Notes under the pieces: model-generated
The model's database searches: none
What the model was told of the DNA's origin: nothing
The model's input: only the letters and a program-made list of their open reading frames with translations
Shown here: positions 1 to 9,055 of the stretch, piece after piece
Numbering within the stretch: the first letter of the stretch is position 1
Layout of the letters: each line of letters opens with the position of its first letter
Translations under genes and position numbers: made by a program
Assembly: GCA_027483445.1 (NCBI GenBank)
Contig: JAIXUS010000008.1
Span: 60,487-124,486, forward strand
Length of the DNA stretch: 64,000 bases
Direction: 5' to 3'
Source: Bacteroidota bacterium
GTDB taxonomy: Bacteria > Bacteroidota > Bacteroidia > M30B66

Positions 1-1
1 G

Positions 2-1045
2 TTCCGGCCCATCTTAAATTACCTGCAGCCCGACGTAGTCACACTCAACGAAATAACGGCCATTCAAGCCCTCGATTCGCTCGACAAATACGCCTTCGAC
101 ACCTCCAGGTTTGTGCACGCACCATGGATTACCGACGGTGAGCTGGTGAGCGTGATGTACTACCGAAAAGACCGCTTAGTCCTCCACAGCCAGGGCTTCT
201 TGAATACAGATCCACGTCGAACCAATTACTACAAACTCTATTCGCGGTTTCAGGATTTTTCAGCGTTTCCCGACACCCTCTTTTTCACCGTTTTTGTGGC
301 CCACTTTAAATCGAGCCAGGGTAGCGACAATGAAGCGATTCGTGCCCAGCAAGCTTCTACCGTTCGAACATTTATGGATGGCCTTTCGCCCGGTGCCAAC
401 GTTTTGTTCGCCGGAGATTTTAACGTGTACCGTTCAACCGAACCGGCGTGGATCAACCTAAAAGCCGAGGGGCGACACGCCCTTAACGACCCGATTAACC
501 GCGAAGGCAGCTGGAGCAACAACAGTAGTTTTGCCGATGTACACACCCAAAGTCCTCGAACAGCCTCCTTCGACCTTGGCGTAACCGGCGGCCTTGATGA
601 TCGCTTCGATTTTATTTTGGCTTCCGATGCGGTAATGGATGGCCGTTTTGGAGCCCAAATATTACCCGAAACCTATAAGGCCATCGGCAATGATGGCGAA
701 CATTTTAACCGCGCAATTATCGCCAGTCCAACAAACACAAGCGTACCCGATTCAGTACTTCAGGCTTTACATGATTTTTCAGACCATTTACCGGTTTTTT
801 GTAAGATGACTTTAAATCCCGAATTGGCCTACAATTCCACCATGTCGAGCAATTATTGGGGCATCAATTGCGACTTTAATCTCGATCAATTGCAGGAAGG
901 AAAATTGTTGGATTATACCGGAAGAATTATTGCTATTAATCCAAATAAAGAAGTTTGGAGTTCCCTAAAATCGGGAATGTACATTTTCGAGGGCAACCTG
1001 AAAAATGGTGAAAACTGCACTCAGAAAGTATTTAAAATGGAGTAA
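2..1045 (+). CDS. Endonuclease/exonuclease/phosphatase (EEP) family protein, 5' partial. The reading frame is open from nt 2, so the gene continues upstream of the window.
   Basis: Frame 2 is open from position 2 with no stop before the listed GTG at 113. An N-terminal 'DVVTLNEI' and an internal 'FAGDFNVY' match EEP catalytic motifs. There is about 100 aa of extra C-terminal sequence. Confidence 0.7.
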   Translation, partial: FRPILNYLQPDVVTLNEITAIQALDSLDKYAFDTSRFVHAPWITDGELVSVMYYRKDRLVLHSQGFLNTDPRRTNYYKLYSRFQDFSAFPDTLFFTVFVAHFKSSQGSDNEAIRAQQASTVRTFMDGLSPGANVLFAGDFNVYRSTEPAWINLKAEGRHALNDPINREGSWSNNSSFADVHTQSPRTASFDLGVTGGLDDRFDFILASDAVMDGRFGAQILPETYKAIGNDGEHFNRAIIASPTNTSVPDSVLQALHDFSDHLPVFCKMTLNPELAYNSTMSSNYWGINCDFNLDQLQEGKLLDYTGRIIAINPNKEVWSSLKSGMYIFEGNLKNGENCTQKVFKME

Positions 1046-1069
1046 TTTCTTGGTTATAAACCTAGCGCA

Positions 1070-1489
1070 CTATTTCAACTTCAACTGCGCAAAATAGGGA
1101 TGTTCCGGGTTCACAATGAGCTCATTTCGGAGTGGATGAATGAGTACATCCATTTCTTCCAGTGGAATCGCCCCTAACAATGGCTCTGCATCGCCCGGAA
1201 GCACCATGGCTCTGCCCGACCATTGCCTGTTTTTAAACCGAAGCTGCACCTGATCAACCACCGGACAATCGATAATTCGGTTATCGGCTGTTTGGGCCTT
1301 CTTTGAATCTACAATTGGCAATTGAAGCTGTTCCTGAATAGATTCGTTAATACACAGCATATAGGAACCTGTATCGACGAGTACATTTAAATGAATTCTT
1401 CGCACGTCTTCTTCAGCCATGAAATTTCTACGAGCTAAGACTAGATCTTCACCGTTAATTAGTTCAACTTCCGCGTAAACGAGTCCCAT
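1070..1489 (-). CDS. Retropepsin-like (clan AA) aspartic protease, stand-alone 139 aa
   Basis: A 'LVDTGSY' D-T-G-S active-site motif is followed by a hydrophobic flap region, with a size typical of single-domain bacterial retropepsin-like proteins. Confidence 0.65.
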   Translation of the reverse strand: MGLVYAEVELINGEDLVLARRNFMAEEDVRRIHLNVLVDTGSYMLCINESIQEQLQLPIVDSKKAQTADNRIIDCPVVDQVQLRFKNRQWSGRAMVLPGDAEPLLGAIPLEEMDVLIHPLRNELIVNPEHPYFAQLKLK

Positions 1490-1553
1490 ACAATTTGTTT
1501 TTTCAAAAATACAGAAATAGGATGATTTTGCTTTTGGAGACGTGGTTCTTTTT

Positions 1554-1702
1554 GCGCCAGCGGTTGGAGCGGATACCCCGCAAAACAGAGCGGGAGCGGG
1601 AAAGCGCGAGAGCGGGCACTGTTTGAGGAGTATTAGCGAAAAACGCGGTGCCCTGCCAATACTGTTGAGGTGAAAACCGGAAGCTTACCAGGGCAGGCGC
1701 CC
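1554..1702. repeat. Conserved inverted-repeat-bounded element, copy A; candidate structured ncRNA or miniature repeat. The second copy is at 57812-57989.
   Basis: The conserved blocks 'gcgccagcgg.tg.agcggataccccg.aaaacagag' and 'ctgtttgaggagtat.agcgaaa.acgcggtgccc...gggcaggcgccc' are shared with copy B, while two internal segments differ. Compatible pairings are gcgcc/ggcgc, aaacag/ctgttt, atacccc/ggagtat and gtgccc/gggca. Confidence 0.8.
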
Positions 1703-1794
1703 AAAATCAATCGTTAAACGGCAAAATGTGTAATGTCTATTGAAATGGGCGATGCCATGCAGTATTGTTGGGCTTTACAAAGAAACCCACAATA

Positions 1795-1822
1795 AAAAAG
1801 CCGGAACACATGCCCCGGCTTC
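1795..1822 (-). terminator. Rho-independent terminator of ndk
   Basis: On the minus strand the sequence gccgg-ggcatgtgtt-ccggc is followed by UUUUUUAUU, about 25 nt past the ndk stop. Confidence 0.6.
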
Positions 1823-1844
1823 GATGTTTAATGTCTGTTTGGAG

Positions 1845-2264
1845 TTAGAAGCGCTCCAGACCTGAGAAGAAGAAATTGCCTTCGATTTGGGCGTTTTCGT
1901 CAGAATCAGAACCGTGAATGGCGTTGGCCTCGATCGACTTGGCAAACAGCGCACGGATGGTTCCCGGTGCAGCCTTGGTGGGGTCGGTGGCGCCAATAAG
2001 CTCGCGGAAATCTGCAACGGCGTTGTCTTTTTCCAAAATCGCGGCTACGATTGGTCCTGATGACATGTAGCTTACCAAGTCGTTGTAGAACGGACGAGCG
2101 CTGTGTACGGCGTAAAACTGTCCGGCAGCTTCAGCACTCAGTTTGGTGTATTTCATCGCCTTGATGCGGAATCCGGCTTCGTTGATTTTCTGAAGAATTG
2201 CACCAATGTGGTTGTTGCCAACAGCATCGGGTTTAATCATTGTAAAAGTTACTGAACCAGCCAT
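1845..2264 (-). CDS. ndk: Nucleoside diphosphate kinase
   Basis: A 139-aa product carries a strongly conserved 'NAIHGSDS' active-site histidine region and 'ERTFxMIKPD'-type N-terminal motifs. Confidence 0.95.
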   Translation of the reverse strand: MAGSVTFTMIKPDAVGNNHIGAILQKINEAGFRIKAMKYTKLSAEAAGQFYAVHSARPFYNDLVSYMSSGPIVAAILEKDNAVADFRELIGATDPTKAAPGTIRALFAKSIEANAIHGSDSDENAQIEGNFFFSGLERF

Positions 2265-2316
2265 ATTGTATTTTGTGTTTGCGTTTCGGGGCGCAAAAGT
2301 AGTATTTCCAAATGGA

Positions 2317-3135
2317 TTATAAATGCTCCGCGATGAGGTGTTTAAAAATGGCGGTCATTTTAACCTCCGCTTTCGACGCCGCAGCAATCACATCTTCGTG
2401 CGTTACCTCCATGATTTTACCTTCCACTCCGAGGTCGGTGATTACGCTTACCGCAAAACACGGGATCGACATGTGGCGGGCTGCAATCACCTCCGGAACG
2501 GTCGACATACCCACGGCGTCGCCACCAATAATACGCATGTATTTGTACTCCGCCGGCGTTTCGAAACATGGGCCACTTACCGAAACATACACCCCTTCGT
2601 GAAGGGTAAAGCCTTCGTTTTGCGCAAATTCTCTGGCATGGGCCAGCATTTTGCGGTCGTATGGCTCGCTCATATCAGGGAAACGAGGTCCGAATTCTTT
2701 CTCGTTCTTTCCAATCAACGGGTTTGAAGGCAGCAGATTGATATGGTCGTTCAGGGCCATCACATCGCCAATTTCGTAGTTCGGGTTTACACCGCCACTG
2801 GCATTGCTTACAAACAGAAACTGGATGCCCAGGTATTTCATCACCCGAACGGGGAAAACCACTTGCTGCATCGAATACCCTTCGTAGAAATGAAAGCGAC
2901 CCTGCATTACCACAACGGGTTTGCCACCAATCTTTCCAAATATCAGTTTGCCGGAATGGCCTTCTACTGTTGATACCGGGAAATTGGGGATTTCCTCATA
3001 GGGTAAAACATAGGCGGTTTCGATTTCTCTAACCAATCCGCCGAGGCCGGTTCCGAGAATGATTCCAGCCGCAGGTTCAAATCCTTCTGTTTTTGAGCGG
3101 ATGTACTCAACGGTTTGTTGTATCTCCTTCAACAT
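2317..3135 (-). CDS. Purine nucleoside phosphorylase, trimeric PNP/MTAP family
   Basis: The '[12 protein letters not shown]' and '[11 protein letters not shown]' motifs are present. The start is taken at the internal Met '[15 protein letters not shown]' and verified at nt 3135. It overlaps the 3' end of lpxK by 29 nt. Confidence 0.85.
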   Translation of the reverse strand: MLKEIQQTVEYIRSKTEGFEPAAGIILGTGLGGLVREIETAYVLPYEEIPNFPVSTVEGHSGKLIFGKIGGKPVVVMQGRFHFYEGYSMQQVVFPVRVMKYLGIQFLFVSNASGGVNPNYEIGDVMALNDHINLLPSNPLIGKNEKEFGPRFPDMSEPYDRKMLAHAREFAQNEGFTLHEGVYVSVSGPCFETPAEYKYMRIIGGDAVGMSTVPEVIAARHMSIPCFAVSVITDLGVEGKIMEVTHEDVIAAASKAEVKMTAIFKHLIAEHL

Positions 3136-4150
3136 AAGCGTAAATGCGTTTTTTAAGGTCTTCTTCCCGGTCGAACCGGTATTGTATGGGTATTTCGAAC
3201 CAGAATGATTGTAGCTCCGGCGCAACCAGCGAATGAAGCTTCACATGGTCTTTTGCCGTACACAACACGCGGGCGTCGTGGGCAAACATACAACGTTTTG
3301 CCTCGATTTGAGCCACATCATCGGCCGTGTAAGCATGGTGGTCTTCAAAACGAAAATGCTGCTTCGGCCCCTTTCCCTCCTTAAAAAGCTCCTGCAAACC
3401 GCCATCACCGGCCAAACCGGTTACCAAAACAAAGGGCTCGGAAAGCGCCTGCTGCACCCCGATTTTTGCACTGCCATCAAACGAAATCAACGACTCATAC
3501 TCAATCGTCGAAAAGTAAATGTTGTGGGGTGGAAATGGGTGGATGGCCTTGTAGATGGCCTCTTTCTCCCATTGCTGAATGGTGTGCGGACATTTGCTGA
3601 TGACTACCACGTCGGCTTTCAGCCTCCGTTTCCACAAGTCGCGTTCATTTCCCGCCGGGAGCAACAAACGTGGCTTGAAAAAGTCGGCGAAAGGCATCAT
3701 CAATACTGAAAATCCAGCCTGAATCCGACGGTGTTGATACGCGTCATCGAGCAATATCACCTGCACGCCTGCACGCTCTTTGAGTATCCTACTGATGCCG
3801 TTTTTTCGATTTCCATCTACCGCCACCGGAGCCTCCGGAAATGCCTGTTTGAACAGCATGGGCTCATCGCCGGTTTCGGTGGTATTCATTTCCTGCTCTA
3901 CCCATCGAAAGCCCTTGCTTTTTCGTCCGTAGCCCCGACTCAGAAAGGCCGGTTTATGCTTGGTAATGAGCCAATTACCGAGTTGTAGAATCATTGGTGT
4001 TTTGCCACTTCCACCTACCCTTAAATTGCCCACAACAATGGTTCGTACCGGAGCCTTCCACGACGCCAACACACCTTGGTCGTACAGCCAATGCCTGATG
4101 AATAAAACCAAACCGAACAGCCATGAAAAGGGGAGAAGTAAACTTCGCAT
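3107..4150 (-). CDS. lpxK: Tetraacyldisaccharide 4'-kinase
   Basis: It has a 'VGNLRVGGSGKTP' P-loop and an N-terminal membrane anchor 'MRSLLLPFSWLFGLV'. The start is moved to an internal Met, with the ATG verified at 4150-4148. Confidence 0.85.
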   Translation of the reverse strand: MRSLLLPFSWLFGLVLFIRHWLYDQGVLASWKAPVRTIVVGNLRVGGSGKTPMILQLGNWLITKHKPAFLSRGYGRKSKGFRWVEQEMNTTETGDEPMLFKQAFPEAPVAVDGNRKNGISRILKERAGVQVILLDDAYQHRRIQAGFSVLMMPFADFFKPRLLLPAGNERDLWKRRLKADVVVISKCPHTIQQWEKEAIYKAIHPFPPHNIYFSTIEYESLISFDGSAKIGVQQALSEPFVLVTGLAGDGGLQELFKEGKGPKQHFRFEDHHAYTADDVAQIEAKRCMFAHDARVLCTAKDHVKLHSLVAPELQSFWFEIPIQYRFDREEDLKKRIYAYVEGDTTNR

Positions 4151-4190
4151 CGCTACAAAGAAAAGGATGTTTTGCGATTGAGTACCTTCG

Positions 4191-5297
4191 TTGCCCGATA
4201 TGCAAATCACGATTTCAACCATTATTGCGGTGCTCGAACGCTGGGCGCCGCCTTCGCTGCAAGAGAGTTACGACAATTCCGGCTTGCTTACCGGCTCACC
4301 GGATATGGCATTCACGGGAGCCGTTGTTTGTTTGGATGCCACCGAGGAGGTCATATTCGAGGCTGCTGCAAAAGGCTTTAATCTGGTGGTTGCGCACCAT
4401 CCCATCGTGTTCAGCGGATTGAAAAAGCTGAACGGAAAGAATTATGTGGAGCGGGCAATTATGGCCGCGATTCGGAACGATGTGGCCATCTACGCGCTGC
4501 ATACCAATCTCGATGCGGTGCATACGGGTGTGAATCAACGAATTGGAGAGATGCTAGGCATGGCTGATATGGCCATTTTACGTCCTGCTAAAAACCAATT
4601 GCTGCAATTGAGTACCTACATTCCGCTTGCATCGGTTGAAGCGGTGAAGAATGCCCTGTTTGAAGCCGGAGCCGGAACAATCGGTAAATACAGCAACTGT
4701 AGTTTTTCGGTGGATGGCAGAGGCACTTTTCGCGCTGAGGATGGTGCCAATCCATACATTGGAAATATTGGAGAAACCCATACCGAGTCGGAGGTGCGTA
4801 TTGAGCTGACCGTTCCCCGCTGGCTGAAGGGAAGCGTTGAAGCGGCGTTGAAAAAAGCACACCCTTACGAGGTTGTAGCATTTAACTGGATTGCCTTGGA
4901 AAATGTGCACCAGGAAATAGGCTCCGGCATGGTTGGTCAGTTGCCGGAGTCGGTGCAGGTGATGGACTTTTTGCAGAAATTGAAGCGCACCTTCGGTGGG
5001 ATGGTAAGGCATACTCGTTTGCTTTCCGATTCTATTCAACGGGTTGCCTGGTGTGGCGGATCAGGTAGTTTTTTACTCGATGATGCCATCCGGCAGAAGG
5101 CCGATATCTTCCTTACTTCAGATTTTAAATACCATCAGTTTTTTGATGCAGAGGACAAAATTGTGATTGTAGATATCGGACACTTTGAAAATGAGCAGTT
5201 TACAATGAAGTTAATTTATGAGGTGCTGAATAAGAATTTTCCTAATTTTGCGGGCTGCATTACTCAGGTGCACACCAATCCGATTCATTATCTCTGA
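4191..5297 (+). CDS. Nif3-family dinuclear metal centre protein, a YqfO/GTP cyclohydrolase 1 type 2 homolog
   Basis: The architecture is typical of Nif3 (COG0327), with an inserted PII-like domain. The alternative start 'MQITIS' at 4200 is equally plausible. Confidence 0.8.
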   Translation: MPDMQITISTIIAVLERWAPPSLQESYDNSGLLTGSPDMAFTGAVVCLDATEEVIFEAAAKGFNLVVAHHPIVFSGLKKLNGKNYVERAIMAAIRNDVAIYALHTNLDAVHTGVNQRIGEMLGMADMAILRPAKNQLLQLSTYIPLASVEAVKNALFEAGAGTIGKYSNCSFSVDGRGTFRAEDGANPYIGNIGETHTESEVRIELTVPRWLKGSVEAALKKAHPYEVVAFNWIALENVHQEIGSGMVGQLPESVQVMDFLQKLKRTFGGMVRHTRLLSDSIQRVAWCGGSGSFLLDDAIRQKADIFLTSDFKYHQFFDAEDKIVIVDIGHFENEQFTMKLIYEVLNKNFPNFAGCITQVHTNPIHYL

Positions 5298-5300
5298 ACC

Positions 5301-6068
5301 ATGAGCGTAAACCTCGCAGAAACCAAGTCAGACATTACCGTTGAAGAAAAACTCCGTTCCTTATTCCGCCTCCAGCAGGTAGATACGCAGATCGATAAGA
5401 TTCGTATCGTGCGTGGTGAACTTCCTCTTGAAGTTCAGGATTTGGAAGATGAACTGGCTGGACTTCAAACCCGGGTATCCAATCTTCAGGAAGAAATTGC
5501 CCAGCTTGAAAATTCAATCAACGACAAGAAAAATGCGATTAAGGACTCTTTGGCCTTAATTAAAAAATACGAAGCGCAGCAAGGCAACGTGCGCAATAAC
5601 CGTGAGTTTGACTCCATCAATAAAGAAATCGAGTACCAAACGCTCGACATTCAACTGTCAGAGAAGCGCATCAAGGAGTTCAAAGCGGCTATTGAAGCGA
5701 AGAACGAATTGATTGCCCAAGCGCAAAACACGCTTAATGAGCGGGCTTCTGATCTTGAGCATAAGAAATCGGAATTGGCCGATATCGTTGCTGAAACGGA
5801 GAAGGATGAACAAAAGCTGGTAGACGAATCTCAAAAAGCGGCTACAAAAATCGAAGAGCGCCTTATTTCTGCATATAAGCGTATTCGTTCGAATGCAGCA
5901 AATGGTCTGGCGGTTGTTTCAATTCAACGTGATGCCTGCGGCGGGTGCTTCAATAAGATTCCACCTCAGCGCCAGATGGATATTCGTTTACGCAAGAAAA
6001 TCATTGTATGTGAGTACTGCGGGCGTATCCTTGTTGACCCTGAAATTGCCGGTGAAATTGGTTCATAA
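5301..6068 (+). CDS. Coiled-coil C4 zinc-ribbon protein (COG1579), the conserved partner of Nif3
   Basis: A long coiled-coil is followed by CGGC...CEYCGR zinc-ribbon cysteine pairs. It is encoded immediately after Nif3, as in many bacteria. Confidence 0.75.
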   Translation: MSVNLAETKSDITVEEKLRSLFRLQQVDTQIDKIRIVRGELPLEVQDLEDELAGLQTRVSNLQEEIAQLENSINDKKNAIKDSLALIKKYEAQQGNVRNNREFDSINKEIEYQTLDIQLSEKRIKEFKAAIEAKNELIAQAQNTLNERASDLEHKKSELADIVAETEKDEQKLVDESQKAATKIEERLISAYKRIRSNAANGLAVVSIQRDACGGCFNKIPPQRQMDIRLRKKIIVCEYCGRILVDPEIAGEIGS

Positions 6069-6091
6069 TTCATAAAATCTTCTCAATATTG

Positions 6092-6120
6092 AAGGGAATT
6101 CGAGAGGGTTCCCTTTTTTT
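6092..6120 (+). terminator. Hairpin plus T7 tract after the zinc-ribbon gene
   Basis: The stem agggaa...ttccct is followed by ttttttt, and the next ATG at 6121 is directly adjacent. Confidence 0.45.
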
Positions 6121-7566
6121 ATGCGCCACCTCTGCTGTTTGCTAACCTGCTTTTTTTTGCTTTCTTCGCTCAAAGCAGGTCAGTATGTGCTTTCTTCTGA
6201 GGTCAAACACATTTGGGAAGCCCAGTTGCGTTTCGATTGGGAGAGTGTTCAACAGTCGCTGAAAAAGGCAAAAGCTCAGGAGCCCGACAATCTCTTCTAC
6301 CCATTTCTTGAGGCCCGAACGCTGTTTCTGAAGGTTATTCTCTTCGACGACCCGGCCGATCTGTTGCAATTCCGGCTGCGGTATCAAGATCAACTAGAGC
6401 AGTTGGAAAGTGCGTCCGAAGAATCTGCATTTTCGTTGTTCTGCCTTTCTGAGTTTTACTTGCAATCTTCTTTCATCCACGCCCGTGAGTCGGAGCCGAT
6501 TAGTGCAGCCCGCGCCTTGAAGAAAGCATTCCATTACAACAACAGAAACCGCGCACAGCATCCCGATTTTGCACTACAGCTCAAAACACAGGTTGTTTTA
6601 CAGGCGCTCGCCTCGGCAATACCTAACTCATATCGATGGATGGCCGATTTAGCCGGAATCTCCGCAAGTTCCCGTGAGGCACTGCAGGCTTTGAAGGTGT
6701 TCAGGAACACATTAATAACCCAACAAACACACGTCTTCCTCCAGCCGGAACTGTACTTTATTGATGTATTTATCAGCACTCAATTGAATGATCATGCGCG
6801 CTCTGTTGCTGTGCCTGATGGCTTTACCAATCATCCTTTGGTTTCTTTGAGCCAGATGCTGCACCACCAAAAGCAACGAAATGCAAAGGCGGTACTTCAA
6901 GCCTATCAACAATATAAAGCTTCACGGGCCGCCACCTTTCCGTACTTGTTTTATCTGCAAGCTGAGGCTTTGCAAAACTCCGGTCATTCAGCGGCTTCAT
7001 TTAGCTACTTCTTGCTAAACAGCCGCGGAAACTGGTTTCGGGCCTCTGCCTTGCGAAAGTTAGCCTGGGAAGCCTTACTGCTTGGTAACCCGAACGAATA
7101 TTCCAAGCGCATGCAGCAGATCCTCGAGCTAAAGCAATTTCCATCGGAAGAAGACCGGCAGGCGAGGCGAGAGGCTCAACTAAAGCGAAGGCCCCTGTCT
7201 GGTTTGCTGAAGTCGAGACTACTCGCCGATGGTGGTTTATACAACGAAGCCCTAATGGCCTTGCAAAACAACGAATATCAGCTTCGTGACCGTTACGATT
7301 CTACTGAGTGGCACTACCGCCGGGGCAGGGCCTTTCAGGGACTAAACCGCATCACTGAGGCCATCGCCTGTTTTGAGCAGACCATTGTTTTGGGGCTAAA
7401 GCTCAGTGAGTATTTTGCAGCTTCTGCGGCACTCCAGGCAGGTATTCTATTAAAGGAGACAAACCCAAGTCTTGCCCGGAACTATTGGCGCAAAGTGAGT
7501 CGCTTTCCCAACCACCCCTACAAAAAAAGCCTCGACGCAAAGGCCGAGGCTTTCTTGAGTTTATAG
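6121..7566 (+). CDS. Hypothetical secreted protein with helical (TPR-like) repeats
   Basis: It has an N-terminal signal peptide 'LLTCFFLLSSLKAG' and an alpha-helical, Leu/Ala/Gln-rich composition. No catalytic motif was recognised. Confidence 0.5.
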   Translation: MRHLCCLLTCFFLLSSLKAGQYVLSSEVKHIWEAQLRFDWESVQQSLKKAKAQEPDNLFYPFLEARTLFLKVILFDDPADLLQFRLRYQDQLEQLESASEESAFSLFCLSEFYLQSSFIHARESEPISAARALKKAFHYNNRNRAQHPDFALQLKTQVVLQALASAIPNSYRWMADLAGISASSREALQALKVFRNTLITQQTHVFLQPELYFIDVFISTQLNDHARSVAVPDGFTNHPLVSLSQMLHHQKQRNAKAVLQAYQQYKASRAATFPYLFYLQAEALQNSGHSAASFSYFLLNSRGNWFRASALRKLAWEALLLGNPNEYSKRMQQILELKQFPSEEDRQARREAQLKRRPLSGLLKSRLLADGGLYNEALMALQNNEYQLRDRYDSTEWHYRRGRAFQGLNRITEAIACFEQTIVLGLKLSEYFAASAALQAGILLKETNPSLARNYWRKVSRFPNHPYKKSLDAKAEAFLSL

Positions 7567-7582
7567 TGGTTATGTTAGAGAA

Positions 7583-9052
7583 TCAGAATCGGGTACCAAT
7601 CGAAAAAACGATGTTGTTGTTGCGAATTCGGGCGTTGGCCGGTTGAATATTTAATCCCGGTGCTGAGTAAGGGAAAAACATGAGGTCTTGACCTGAGAAT
7701 GCATACGAAATATCCATAAAAAAGTCGCCATTCCGATAGCCTCCACCCAAAGAATACACCTGATAGGCTTTTCCAAAAGCGGTGTTTTCGTAAGGCGTAC
7801 CAATTACTTGAACGCCGCCGCGGGCGTATAAATCGTTGAAACGTCCTTCCAGACCAATCCTTAGATTTCCGCTATTCCGAAAGCCATCTCTGATTTGGTC
7901 GTTAAATGCTGCATAAGAATCGGCGTCATCCATTAACCGAAGGCGCGAGTAATTGACCATTTCATAGTCGATGGAGAGCAAGCCCAGCTTCTTGTAAACA
8001 AAAGCGCCGCTAAAGGTGAAGCGCGCCGGATTTCTCAATTTATACCGATACTCTCCATCGGGAGAGGCATAATAAAATTCGCCGGTGGCCAGGCTGCTGC
8101 TCATTTCGGCGAAATACTCGGTACGTACTGTATAATCTAGCGGTAACAGAGCCGAAGCGCCGAGTCTGAAAAAGTCGTTAACCCGATAAATGGCACCTGC
8201 TCGTAGTGCTACTGATGTAGCCCGATCACTGAGTGTTTGTCGGTATTCGAGATTGTTAAATCCAGGCACTGAGTCGGTTTCGTTCCTCTCGGAGTACGTG
8301 TATTCACGCTCGTAAACAATGCGGCGAATGGCCAGGCTACCACCAACATACAAACGATTGCTGTAATTGCCGGCAAAGGCGATATTCGTTTCTCCGGCTC
8401 TCCCGCGGGTTTCAATCAATCCACGTTGGGTCATCCCCCCGTTAAGGGGACCATAAATACTGGTGTAACCACTGCCTGTAGTTTGATCAGGGTCGATGAG
8501 AAAGGTTTGGTAAGCCAGCGCAGACCCAAATGGGTTAAGGTTGCCCGGACTGGCATTTCCGGCATCGAGGATGAACTGATTAACCAGAGAGTTGTCTGGA
8601 TTGACACCTTTGAAACTCCAGCGTTCGCTAAGATTGCTTTGTTTGTTGTAACCGATAGCGAATGTGGTACTCAGCCAACCCTTGGTTTTCAGGCGGTTGA
8701 AGGAAGGTGAGTGGATGACCAAATGTAAATTCGGAATATTGAAGTTGAACTTTCGGTCGTCGGAGCTGCTTCCATAAAAGGTACTGCTTCCCGATGCATT
8801 GAAAATACTGGCGCTACCGGCGAATTCGCTCATTCTATACAATCCGATACCGGCCGGGTTTACGCTTACGCTTGAAAAATCGGCTCCAACTGCTCCGATT
8901 GCCCCTCCCATACCTTGCGAAAGTGCGGTGCCACCGGTTTGAGTTCGGCTATACCGCACCGCATCGTCGGTGTTTTGTGCCGGCAACTCCGAAATCAGAG
9001 CTGCCAGCACGATCATCAAAACACTATTTTTATTCATCATCCTGAATTTCAA
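7583..9052 (-). CDS. FadL/TodX-family outer-membrane beta-barrel protein (PorV-like fold)
   Basis: It has a signal peptide, a glycine-rich N-terminal hatch with an 'NPAGIG' (NPA) motif and a C-terminal aromatic residue (…GTRF). It lies 3 nt downstream of the lipoprotein gene on the same strand. Confidence 0.65.
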   Translation of the reverse strand: MKFRMMNKNSVLMIVLAALISELPAQNTDDAVRYSRTQTGGTALSQGMGGAIGAVGADFSSVSVNPAGIGLYRMSEFAGSASIFNASGSSTFYGSSSDDRKFNFNIPNLHLVIHSPSFNRLKTKGWLSTTFAIGYNKQSNLSERWSFKGVNPDNSLVNQFILDAGNASPGNLNPFGSALAYQTFLIDPDQTTGSGYTSIYGPLNGGMTQRGLIETRGRAGETNIAFAGNYSNRLYVGGSLAIRRIVYEREYTYSERNETDSVPGFNNLEYRQTLSDRATSVALRAGAIYRVNDFFRLGASALLPLDYTVRTEYFAEMSSSLATGEFYYASPDGEYRYKLRNPARFTFSGAFVYKKLGLLSIDYEMVNYSRLRLMDDADSYAAFNDQIRDGFRNSGNLRIGLEGRFNDLYARGGVQVIGTPYENTAFGKAYQVYSLGGGYRNGDFFMDISYAFSGQDLMFFPYSAPGLNIQPANARIRNNNIVFSIGTRF

Positions 9053-9055
9053 GGA

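Noticed and set aside
1554-1702. Integron attC site or tmRNA/RNase P/SRP RNA as the identity of the two-copy element
   Set aside because: There are no R''/R' GTTRRRY core sites and no integrase gene. There is no tRNA-like 3' end with a GGUUCGA T-loop and ACCA, no RNase P 'GGAAAGUCCGG' core, and no SRP 'domain IV' motif. I leave it unassigned.
2312-2973. Plus-strand ORFs 2312-2602, 2323-2727 and 2743-2973 opposite the PNP gene
   Set aside because: The PNP motifs (GGVNPNY, MSTVPEV) on the minus strand are unambiguous, so these are shadows.
3107-4222. Full-length listed ORF start for lpxK (4222), and analogous long N-terminal extensions for proS (11187), rpoC (52832), hpf (43534), the phosphoesterase (41779), the GH3-bla gene (61014) and the lipoprotein gene (11374)
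   Set aside because: Each conserved protein N-terminus begins at an internal ATG verified at nucleotide level. The upstream extensions encode non-conserved residues and would overlap neighbouring genes or terminators.
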